DNA of 13,221 bases from Chthonomonas calidirosea (GTDB taxonomy: Bacteria; Armatimonadota; Fimbriimonadia; Fimbriimonadales; Fimbriimonadaceae): NCBI GenBank assembly GCA_945859975.1, contig CAMAPH010000059.1, positions 1-13,221 of the forward strand. Reading direction: 5' to 3'. The position numbers and the translations under genes are program-made. Shown here one piece after another: positions 1-10,260 of the stretch. The notes beneath the pieces are model-generated. The model did not search any database and was not told where the DNA came from. It was given only the letters and a program-made list of their open reading frames with translations. Each line of letters begins with the position of its first letter. Position 1 is the first letter of the stretch.

Positions 1-2300
<2,300 letters not shown>

Positions 2301-2390
2301 CGATGGTTTCCCGTCTCCGACGTCGATGGCTGTGAAACTGGCCCCGGTTGCCAATGGCTCCCCGGATCTCTCAGCGGAGGCTACGAATTC

Positions 2391-2396
2391 AATTTA
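2391..2396 (-). promoter_or_regulatory. Candidate -10 element (TAAATT) for acnA, implying an ~85-nt leader
   Basis: The minus strand reads GG-TAAATT-GAATTC. This matches the TANNNT hexamer seen before other genes here. A GGAGA SD-like motif lies at 2314-2318. Confidence 0.4.
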
Positions 2397-2446
2397 CCTG
2401 ATCTGGGTCGTTCCGCCAGCTTAACGCTGCCCTAACAATCGAGTCC

Positions 2447-2458
2447 TATGATGTCGGC
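2447..2458 (+). promoter_or_regulatory. -10 element directly before the start codon (leaderless-type promoter)
   Basis: TATGAT (2447-2452), then 6 nt, then GTG at 2459. No SD sequence. Confidence 0.65.
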
Positions 2459-4321
2459 GTGCTGGCCGTTTTTACAGCTTTGTTTCTCACTCAGTCACAA
2501 CTGAACTTTAAGGTTGAAATCGAGCGCATAGAGCGAGTCGTGCCCCAGCTGGCTCAGGCCACAGGCATGAACCTTAATTTTGATCCGGCCGTCGCCGACG
2601 ATGTCGTTTACGTTCGGGCACGGGCCGTGACGGCGAGCGACTTGATGAAACATATTGCGCTGGCGATCGACGCCGAATGGGTTCCGACGTCTTCAGGCTT
2701 CCGTTTGACCCGTACCAACGCGAACATGCTGGAGTGTAAACGTGCAGACGTGCTACGGCATGAGAAAGCAACTGCGAAGCTCAGCGCAGAAATTCAAAGG
2801 CGGTATGAAGCGGCAAAGTCGAAGCCGATCAAGTCTCCGGCAGAACTCGTTCGGGAAATCAAGCAATTTCTTAGTCAGCAAAAGCAGGATGGTGCGGAAG
2901 AATTCGGACTGTCCGAAACCGTAGATGAAATGTTGGCTTCGTCGCCAATCTGACTTGCCGTCTTCGAGAGCTTCACGAACATCGGCTCCGCGCGGCTAGC
3001 AAAGATTCCGGTCGGGGAGTTCCGAACCTTTTCTGAAGAGCCACGCGCGCTCGGCATTCAAAGCAAGTTAGTTTCCGCGGAACGACTGAAGCAGGTGGAC
3101 GAGTTTGTAAAGCGAGGTTCCTCAGAAGCGGCAAAGCAAAACTTGAAGATTGAGAATGAAGGTTGGTTTCTTTACAAATTGTACGGGCGAACCGCTTTAC
3201 CGCCTTACCTAAACGCGAAGACATCGAAACCCAGCTCCGAAAGGATCTCCCGGTCGCTTCTGCGGGTGCTTCGCCTGAGTGACGAAGAGATCGAGTATCA
3301 ACTTCTGCTCCTCGGAGCTTCAGGACAGATAATTGCCAGCCATGTGCAGGCCATCTCTTACGATTCAGATCTTAAGAAGGGATCCATTCCGGTCTTGAAA
3401 GGGGACGCCGCCATCAGAATGCAACTCAGCGAAGTTGATAGGTGGGTCCAAAAATTGGGAACCTATGCGGGTTCTCGCTCTACCGGCGCGCCGACTGGGC
3501 CGGATGCTCTCAAGTTCGTTTCATTGCTAGCCGATCCTGTTGAGAACGAGCCGCTTCAGCTTTACGGGAAAGGCGTACTACTTCCGGTTGTGGAGGCAGA
3601 GCCTGGAAACGTTGTAATCTCGTTGCCGGAATATGACCCGATTGCGGTGCCTTCAACCGTGGAGGAGGTCTCGTTAGCCGACGCGAAATTGGAGGTTAAC
3701 CGGCATCTCGAAAAGCAGATTTTGGCCCGGTGGTCTGTTCTGCGGCCAACACTCCGTGTTGCCGAGCGTAGCACAAGGATCAGCCGTGCGGAGTTACGGG
3801 AACTCTACCGTGACTTCCAGAGCGGCAATATTCCCGATCATTCGACACAACTTAGACTTGCCTGCCAGTATCCAGATCGATTTTTCGATACGTTCGTCCC
3901 AAACCCATATCAGATGCTTCGCAAGGGTACGTCTCAGCATCAAATTTGGACATCGCCAGAACTCGTGTTTTTCGGATCACTGAGTGATCAAGAGCTTGAA
4001 CGAATGCAAGCCGGGCTTGCGGTAACGGAGCTTTCGCCGAACAGCCGAGCCAAACTTCTGCACGTTCTAAATCAGGGTCAGGACTTCGTTGAGGGCAATG
4101 TTCTAGGTGCAAAGTCCGGCTGGGTCAACCCTGAGCTCATCTATGCGCAGAACCTGCTGTCCGAAGCTTGTCCAAATGGCTTTAGCTCCGCAAACAAAAT
4201 CAAGCTCAAGTTGAGCGACTACAACTTCACTGCGACGATGAACGTCGGTCCTGGTCGACGACTTTCATTTAGTGGAGGTACCGTTGGCCCGACCAATCAG
4301 CGGAGATGGTCTAGTCACTAA
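2459..4321 (+). pseudogene. Secreted hypothetical protein gene (~620 codons) interrupted by one in-frame TGA at 2951-2953 (nonsense allele, sequence error or readthrough)
   Basis: ORFs 2459..2953 and 3095..4321 are in the same frame. The gap 2954-3094 is open and protein-like (SSPI*LAVFESFTNIGSARLAKIPVGEFRTFSEEPRALGIQSKLVSAERLKQVD). The N-terminus has a short hydrophobic signal-like segment followed by an STN/secretin-N-like stretch (ERVVPQLAQATGMNLNFDPAVADDVVYV..ASDLMKHIALAIDAEW). Confidence 0.7.
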
Positions 4322-4346
4322 TTGCACCTAGGACGACTGTGGTAAC

Positions 4347-5498
4347 TCAGTTCACCCAGTCCGCGACGAAGACGTTCGTTTCGCCGCGGACTTTGCCGTT
4401 GCGGTTGCTCGCCCAAACGAGCTTTTTGCCGTCGCGCGTGATCATCGGGAAGCCGTCAAAGTCGGGCGAGTTGGTGATTCGCTTGAGGTCGGTGCCGTCG
4501 AGGTTGATCGTGAACAGGTCAAATTCGCGGCCCTTTGGGTCACCGTAGTTGCTGCTGAAAATGATTCTCTTGTTGTCCGGAAGGATGAACGGGGCGAAAG
4601 ATGCGCAGCCGAGCTTGGTGACTTGCTTCTTGTTCTTTCCGTCGGCATCCATCACCCAGATTTCGAGCTTGCTCGGTCGGACGAGGTTTTCGGCGTGCAG
4701 TCGCCGATAATCGGCGCGCTCCTCTTCGGTGTCGATGCTGTCGCGTCGGAAGACGATCTTCTTCGAGTCCCAGCTCACAAATGGCCCGCCATCGTAGCCC
4801 TCGTCCGTCGTGAGCTTCTTGATGTTCTTGCCGTTCATGTCCGCGCGATAGATGTCGATGTCGCCTTCGAAGTCGCCGGTGAACGTGATGTACTTGCCAT
4901 TCGGTGCGATGGTGGTTTCCGCGATGTAGCCATCACGAGATAGCAGTAACTCCGGCTTATCGTTCGCGATGTTTCCGGTATTTGACTGCCGGTACAGCGA
5001 GAACTCGGGGTTGACTTTCCAAAGGTAGCCCTTGCTCATGTCGAGCGGCGCTTGGGCACCTTCGTTCTTCTCGTGCGTGCTGCTGAAGTAGACGTGCTTG
5101 AGGTCTGGGGTGAAGTAGCTACAGGTGCAACGTCCCTTTCCGGTGCTGATGAGAGTCTTGTTGCTGCCATCGGCGTTCATCCGGACGATTTGCTCGTCGG
5201 GCCAGAGAGCCTGGCGGGTTTGGAAGATGATTGTTTTGCCGTCCTTGCTCCAGTAGGCCTCCGCATTTTGTCCGCCGAAAGTGAGCTGGCGAGGGTTGAC
5301 CAAGTTCGGTTCGTCGGCTCGTTCTTTGATCGCTTGACTTGCGGGTCCGGGCCAAGTCTCGGTGCCCTGAAGCGATGCGGTGAGCCCGCCAAGCACGTCG
5401 TATTCTGGAAGGTAGGCGTGGGAGCAGCCGAGCGGGTGGATTTCCGAGGTTGCTGGCAGGGTGAACGCCATGGCCGCGATCAGAGTGGACGAAATCAT
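4347..5498 (-). CDS. Secreted TolB-like beta-propeller protein with PD40 repeats
   Basis: Repeated PD40-type motifs: AEAYWSKDGKTIIF, ETTIAPNGKYITF, YDGGPFVSWDSKKIVF, SFAPFILPDNKRIIFSSN, FDGFPMITRDGKKLVWASNR. Start placed at the ATG at 5498 (MISSTLIAAMAFTLPA, signal-like) rather than the GTG at 5540. There is no TolB N-terminal domain and no tol-pal context. Confidence 0.88.
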   Translation of the reverse strand: MISSTLIAAMAFTLPATSEIHPLGCSHAYLPEYDVLGGLTASLQGTETWPGPASQAIKERADEPNLVNPRQLTFGGQNAEAYWSKDGKTIIFQTRQALWPDEQIVRMNADGSNKTLISTGKGRCTCSYFTPDLKHVYFSSTHEKNEGAQAPLDMSKGYLWKVNPEFSLYRQSNTGNIANDKPELLLSRDGYIAETTIAPNGKYITFTGDFEGDIDIYRADMNGKNIKKLTTDEGYDGGPFVSWDSKKIVFRRDSIDTEEERADYRRLHAENLVRPSKLEIWVMDADGKNKKQVTKLGCASFAPFILPDNKRIIFSSNYGDPKGREFDLFTINLDGTDLKRITNSPDFDGFPMITRDGKKLVWASNRNGKVRGETNVFVADWVN

Positions 5499-5586
5499 TA
5501 CACCTATCGAACCTGATTCGGCCGAGGAGCAACTTTGCACAGTTGCCGATCCTCGTTCATTCGCGATGAATTCGGAATATTCCCGC

Positions 5587-5598
5587 TAAACTGAAGGC
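5587..5598 (+). promoter_or_regulatory. -10 element directly before the start codon (leaderless-type promoter)
   Basis: TAAACT (5587-5592), then 6 nt, then ATG at 5599. Confidence 0.65.
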
Positions 5599-8500
5599 AT
5601 GGCGCTCGCGACGTTGCTGTTCCTGTTCACCGCCCCCCAGGCCTTTGAGCCCGGGGCGACTTTCCGTCTTTACGACATCGGAACTCCGATGCAAGATTTG
5701 CCAACGTTGGTCACCGGGCAAACGCCGAACTTAGACCGCATCGTCTCGAAACTTCAATTCGGCGATAACGACTTCTTTGGATACAAAGATGCCTTTTACG
5801 TCGAGATGTTGGCAGAGATAAATGCACCTGCTGGCCCTGCGGTTTTCCGAGTTACGAGCGATGACGGCAGCACGGTGAGCATCGACGGCAAGTTGGTCGT
5901 GGATAACGATGGCGTTCACGCCGCGAGCGCCCAAGAAGGGACGGTTACCCTGGCCGCCGGTTGGCGAAAGCTCAACGTTCGCTACTTCGAGTCTGGCGGT
6001 GGACAAGAGTTCAAATTGGAATGGAAGCCGGCTGGTGCCTCTTCATTCTCGGTGGTCGATTCGTCCGTAACCCGCGTTCCGGCTGGTTTGACCCGCGTTA
6101 CGAGCCCCGGTCCGAAACGGATTGTCACCGTTGGCGGACCACAGCGGCCCGGTAACGGCATGCCGCTAGACAAAGCGCACCCATCGTTCGAAGTGCAAAC
6201 GGTTCGGCCCGCAGATTGGAAGCCACAGGTCGGCGGCCTTGCCTTCCGTGCAGATGGCAAGCTCCTGGTAAGCACTTTCAAACCCAACCAGAGCGGTCGA
6301 TTTGAGCCAAACCTTAGAGACGGTGAAGTTTGGCTGCTTGACAACGTTTTAAGCGGTGACCAGTCAAAGGTAACCCGCAAACTCGTGGCAACCGGGTTGC
6401 AAGAGCCGCTCGGCTTGGCCGTGGTCGGTTCTGACGTTTATGCGGCCACGCGAACCGCGATAGTCCAGCTGATCGATAAAAACGGCGACGACGTTTTCGA
6501 CGAGCAGAAGGTGGTTGGAAGCGGTTGGGGAACCGACAACTACCACCACTTCACGTTCGGCCTCGCGCAGAAAGATGGCTGGCTGTACGGCACCCTCAGC
6601 ACCAGCATCACCTTTGATGCGCCGGGAATCAACGGTCCGAACCCTCTTCAGCGCGGCACGTTCTTCCGCGTTAATCCAAAGGCTTACGACCCCAAGAACC
6701 CGATGGCGAACATCGAGTTTCTGACCAGCGGTCACCGAACTCCGAACGGAGTGAGTGAAGGGCCGTACGGACTGATTGTCACCGGCGAAAACCAGGGTTC
6801 TTGGCAGCCCAGCAACAAGCTCAATGTTCTCGTCCCCGGTGGCTTTTACGGTCACGTTAACAACACGACATTCCTGAACAAGGAATATCCAAAGGGCGGA
6901 TTCCCAGGCTTGTTCCAGACCGCGCCGTATGTTCACGCGGCCATCTACTTGCCTCAAGGCGAGATCGCGAACTCTCCCGGACAAACCGCGGTGGTTCGAG
7001 AGGGGATCTTTAAGGACCATATGCTGATCACCGACGTGAAGTACGGCGGCATTCGGCGTGGTTGGCTTGAGAACGTAGACGGCGTATGGCAAGGCGGCGC
7101 CGTCCAGTACTCCCAGGGCTTTGAAGTTGGCACTAACCGCCTGATTTACGCTCCAGATGGCAGCTTGATCATGGGTGGAACCGGCGCAACCGAATCTTGG
7201 GCCTGGACCGATCCAAAGACGGGTGCCTGGACATCCTTTGGCTTGCAGCGATTGAAGCCAACGGGCAAATCCGCATTTGAGATTCGCACGGTTAAGGCGA
7301 CGCCAACCGGATTTAACATTGAGTTCACCGCACCAGTCAAGCCGGCACAACTCAAGGAAGCAAGCCGCTTCGCGATCCGGCAGTGGCGATACGAAGCAAC
7401 CGTGGAGTATGGCGGACCGAAGCTAGACCGCGAAACCTTGCCGGTCACGGCGCTGCGACCATCTGCCGATGGCAAATCTGTCGCGGTGGACGTTGCGGGG
7501 ATGAAGGAAGAGCGCTTGGTTCACTTGAATCTCAACCTCGATTCCGCAAAGAATGAACCGCTTTGGGCCACGGAGGTCTGGTACACGATGAACCGGATTC
7601 CGAAGCCGAACCTGCCGGAGGCATCTGCACTCGTGGTGTCCAAGCCAACGGTGTTGGTGTTCAGCAAAACGACGGCGTTCCGCCACGGCTCGATTCCGAA
7701 GGGAATTGCGACCATCCAGGAGATCGCGAAAGAGCGAGGCTGGAAGGTTGACGCCACCGAAGACGCATCGGTGTTTACAACCGCTAACTTGGCGAAGTAC
7801 GACGCTGTGGTGTTCCTTTGCACAACCGGAGACGTGCTGAACCCGGCTCAGCAAGATGCATTCCAAGGCTACATTCGTGGCGGCGGTGGCTATGCTGGCG
7901 TGCACAGCGCGACCGACACGGAATACGACTGGGCGTGGTACGGGAAGCTCTCCGGGGCGTACTTCAAGAGCCACCCGCAGGTCCAGGCCGGACACATCGT
8001 TGCTGAAGATCGCGCTCATCCATCCACGAGCTTCTTGCCCGCACCGTGGGTGCACGTGGACGAGTGGTACGACTTCCGAGAGAACCCAAGACCGAACGTC
8101 CGTGTGCTGGCTTCCCTGAAGCCGGACTCCTACACGGGCGGCAACATGGCGGATCACCCGATCGTTTGGTGCCAAGAGTTTGAGGGTGGACGCGCTTGGT
8201 ACACCGGGCTTGGACATACCGATGGAACGTATGACGAGATCTTCTTCCGACAGCACCTTGCCGAAGGCATTCTATGGGCGGCTAATGGTCGTGCTCCGAA
8301 AGATGCGGTGGCTTTGCCACTCTCCGCTTGGAAGGCACAAGGCGATTGGGCCGAGAAGAACGGAGTCTTTGCGACTCCTAGCGGACGAGACTGGAAGCTG
8401 AACCTGCCGACGAAGGAAGAGTTTGGCGACTGCCAGCTACACGTCGAGTTCAACGTGCCAAAGGGCGGAAACTCGGGCGTCTACTTGATGGGCCGGTACG

Positions 8501-8886
8501 AGGTCCAAATTTTGGATTCCCACGGAGTTGCAAACGCTGACTTGCAGTCATCCATGTGCGGCTCGATCTACGAGCGATGGAAGGACGAGAAAGGCTATGA
8601 AGGCCATAAGCCGATGATCAACGCCGCCCGACCAGGCGGGGAGTGGCAGAGCTTCGACATCGTATTCCGCGCTCCGCGCTTCAAGAACGGCAAGAAGGTT
8701 GAGGACGCAGCGTTCCTCGAGGTCCGTCTCAATGGCGTGGTGGTCCAGCACCGAGTTAAAGTGACGGGCCCAACTCGAGCGGCGATCTTTGAAGACGAAA
8801 AGCCAACCGGCCCACTCCTCCTCCAGGGCGACCACGGCCCGATCCAGTTCCGCAACATCCGGATCCGGAAGTTAAAGCTGAACTGA
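5599..8886 (+). CDS. Large secreted multidomain carbohydrate-active protein: PA14 + glucose/sorbosone-dehydrogenase-like beta-propeller + Ig-like + ThuA + DUF1080 (3-keto-disaccharide hydrolase family)
   Basis: 1095 aa with a signal peptide. PA14 motif FRVTSDDGSTVSIDGKLVVDNDGVH..YFESGGG (~5650-6060). Propeller motifs VGGLAF, GLQEPLGL, HHFTFG, SGHRTPNG, ENQGSW (~6180-7260). ThuA motifs VLVFSKTTAFRHGSI, GGYAGVHSATDTEYDWAWY, DEWYDF, GRAWYTGLGH (~7645-8283). DUF1080 motifs FGDCQLHVEF, GNSGVYLMGRYEVQILDS, GEWQSFDI, GPLLLQGDHGPIQFRNI (~8310-8880). Confidence 0.9.
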   Translation: MALATLLFLFTAPQAFEPGATFRLYDIGTPMQDLPTLVTGQTPNLDRIVSKLQFGDNDFFGYKDAFYVEMLAEINAPAGPAVFRVTSDDGSTVSIDGKLVVDNDGVHAASAQEGTVTLAAGWRKLNVRYFESGGGQEFKLEWKPAGASSFSVVDSSVTRVPAGLTRVTSPGPKRIVTVGGPQRPGNGMPLDKAHPSFEVQTVRPADWKPQVGGLAFRADGKLLVSTFKPNQSGRFEPNLRDGEVWLLDNVLSGDQSKVTRKLVATGLQEPLGLAVVGSDVYAATRTAIVQLIDKNGDDVFDEQKVVGSGWGTDNYHHFTFGLAQKDGWLYGTLSTSITFDAPGINGPNPLQRGTFFRVNPKAYDPKNPMANIEFLTSGHRTPNGVSEGPYGLIVTGENQGSWQPSNKLNVLVPGGFYGHVNNTTFLNKEYPKGGFPGLFQTAPYVHAAIYLPQGEIANSPGQTAVVREGIFKDHMLITDVKYGGIRRGWLENVDGVWQGGAVQYSQGFEVGTNRLIYAPDGSLIMGGTGATESWAWTDPKTGAWTSFGLQRLKPTGKSAFEIRTVKATPTGFNIEFTAPVKPAQLKEASRFAIRQWRYEATVEYGGPKLDRETLPVTALRPSADGKSVAVDVAGMKEERLVHLNLNLDSAKNEPLWATEVWYTMNRIPKPNLPEASALVVSKPTVLVFSKTTAFRHGSIPKGIATIQEIAKERGWKVDATEDASVFTTANLAKYDAVVFLCTTGDVLNPAQQDAFQGYIRGGGGYAGVHSATDTEYDWAWYGKLSGAYFKSHPQVQAGHIVAEDRAHPSTSFLPAPWVHVDEWYDFRENPRPNVRVLASLKPDSYTGGNMADHPIVWCQEFEGGRAWYTGLGHTDGTYDEIFFRQHLAEGILWAANGRAPKDAVALPLSAWKAQGDWAEKNGVFATPSGRDWKLNLPTKEEFGDCQLHVEFNVPKGGNSGVYLMGRYEVQILDSHGVANADLQSSMCGSIYERWKDEKGYEGHKPMINAARPGGEWQSFDIVFRAPRFKNGKKVEDAAFLEVRLNGVVVQHRVKVTGPTRAAIFEDEKPTGPLLLQGDHGPIQFRNIRIRKLKLN

Positions 8887-8896
8887 GGCGATTGTT

Positions 8897-8930
8897 GGTG
8901 CTCCCAGTTTTCTTCTGGGAGCACCCCTTT
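8897..8930 (+). terminator. Intrinsic terminator-like hairpin
   Basis: Perfect 11-bp stem GGTGCTCCCAG (8897-8907) / CTGGGAGCACC (8915-8925) with a 7-nt loop, 10 nt after the stop codon. The tail is weak (CCTTT). Confidence 0.65.
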
Positions 8931-8951
8931 GGCCCATAATCTAACCATCGC

Positions 8952-9027
8952 GGCCTCGTAGCTCAGGGGATAGAGCGCCTCCGTCCTAAGGAGGGCGCCG
9001 GGGGTTCGAGTCCCTCCGGGGCCGCCA
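8952..9027 (+). tRNA. tRNA-Arg (anticodon CCT, reads AGG)
   Basis: Full 76-nt cloverleaf: acceptor GGCCTCG/CGGGGCC, D arm GCTC-AGGGGATA-GAGC, anticodon arm CCTCC-GTCCTAA-GGAGG (CCT at 8985-8987), T arm GGGGG-TTCGAGT-CCCTC, discriminator G and encoded CCA. A candidate -10 (TAATCT) lies at 8937-8942. Confidence 0.96.
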
Positions 9028-9168
9028 ATTTGAATCTGTCTGTACAAAACTAGCCGCTTGAAAAGCCCGAGTTCCTCACCCAGCGGTGGCCGGTACTTTT
9101 CGTCCACTTAACACCACCAAGGTCGTGCTGATGGTCCCCACAACAAACCAGCGGAAGCCCGGGCCGAA

Positions 9169-9183
9169 TGGTAACCTCGGCGC
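9169..9183 (+). promoter_or_regulatory. Extended -10 element (TGG-TAACCT) directly before the start codon (leaderless-type promoter)
   Basis: TG at 9169-9170, TAACCT at 9172-9177, then 6 nt, then GTG at 9184. Confidence 0.65.
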
Positions 9184-10260
9184 GTGATGTGCCTACTCTT
9201 GGCTCAGACTCTCGCCCAGCCTGCGCGAATTGATCTTGACGGCGCAGCGGCAATGCAAACGGTTCTTGACCGGGAGCCGGGGCAGTACCTGGGGCACCCA
9301 ACAACCGTTTTGCTTCGCGATGGGCGAACGATTCTTGCGGTGTATCCCAAAGGCCATGGTAAGGGCGCGATCGTTTTGAAGCGAAGTACGGACGGAGGCA
9401 AGTCTTGGAGCGATAGACTCCCAACGCCCAAGAACTGGGAGACCAGTCTTGAGACCCCAACGATCCACCGGCTTGTTGATCCGAAGACGAAAAGGGACCG
9501 GCTGATCCTCTGGTCGGGGCTCAACCCTTCCCGCTATGCCTCCAGCGACGACGAGGGGAAAACTTGGACGGAGTTGCAGCCCGCTGGCACGTGGGGCGGG
9601 ATCGTGGTGATGTCTGCCTTGGAAAGACTGAAGGACGGACGCTACATGGCGCTCTTTCACGACGATGGCCGATTCTTCTACTCAACCCCACAGACGGCTG
9701 GCACCTTCACCCTTTACAAGACTTTGAGTGCCGACGGGGGCCGCACTTGGAGCTTCCCCGAGGCGGTGCTATCTCGTTCCGATATGCAGCTTTGCGAGCC
9801 GGGCCTTATCCGGTCTCCCGACGGTAAGACGATGGCCATGCTGCTTCGAGAGAACGCGCGTAAGTTCAACTCTCAGGTGGTGTTTTCGCACGATGAAGGT
9901 CGCACTTGGTCGGTGCCGCGCGCCCTGCCTCTGGCACTCACGGGAGATCGCCACGTTGCCAAGTACGGCCCAGATGGCCGGCTGCTCATATCATTTCGAG
10001 ACATGCCGCCGGTCGGAGACTGGAAAGGAGATTGGGTCGCTTGGGTTGGGACGTGGGACGATCTCGTGAACGGCCGCGATGGTCAGTACAAGGTCCGGCT
10101 CAAGGACAACAAGAACTCGTGGGATTCGGGATATTCAGGGGTCGAACTGCTTCCGGACGGCAGTTTCCTCATGACGAGTTACGGACATTGGGCCGGTGCG
10201 GACGAATCTCCGTACGTGATCTCGGTGCGGCTGAAACTGTTCGACCTTGATCGGCGGTAG
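9184..10260 (+). CDS. BNR/Asp-box repeat, sialidase-fold beta-propeller protein
   Basis: Four S-x-D-x-G-x-T/S-W boxes (RSTDGGKSW, SSDDEGKTW, LSADGGRTW, FSHDEGRTW), plus LCEP, LLRE and a C-terminal DSGY motif typical of sialidase-fold proteins. Short signal-like N-terminus. Confidence 0.88.
   Translation: MMCLLLAQTLAQPARIDLDGAAAMQTVLDREPGQYLGHPTTVLLRDGRTILAVYPKGHGKGAIVLKRSTDGGKSWSDRLPTPKNWETSLETPTIHRLVDPKTKRDRLILWSGLNPSRYASSDDEGKTWTELQPAGTWGGIVVMSALERLKDGRYMALFHDDGRFFYSTPQTAGTFTLYKTLSADGGRTWSFPEAVLSRSDMQLCEPGLIRSPDGKTMAMLLRENARKFNSQVVFSHDEGRTWSVPRALPLALTGDRHVAKYGPDGRLLISFRDMPPVGDWKGDWVAWVGTWDDLVNGRDGQYKVRLKDNKNSWDSGYSGVELLPDGSFLMTSYGHWAGADESPYVISVRLKLFDLDRR

Noticed and set aside
2951..2953. 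Genome-wide TGA reassignment (genetic code 4 or 25)
   Set aside because: TGA is the apparent true stop of three genes here (8884-8886, followed by a terminator hairpin; 4347-4349; 10442-10444). No other gene has an internal TGA, and Trp is encoded by TGG.
2951..3010. Selenocysteine at the in-frame TGA
   Set aside because: No redox motif (CxxU/UxxC) around the site, and I could not see a convincing bacterial SECIS hairpin immediately downstream. Not formally excluded without a bSECIS search.
4347..5498. Calling the PD40 gene tolB
   Set aside because: No TolB N-terminal alpha/beta domain and no adjacent tolQRA/pal genes.
6364..8256. Long minus-strand ORFs of 328 aa and 277 aa
   Set aside because: They lie entirely antisense to the well-supported 1095-aa gene and show no protein-family features.
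8595..9460. Minus-strand ORFs 8595..9107 and 9050..9460
   Set aside because: They overlap the tRNA and real genes in antisense. The translation GGPGGTRTP is the typical artefact of a reverse-read tRNA.
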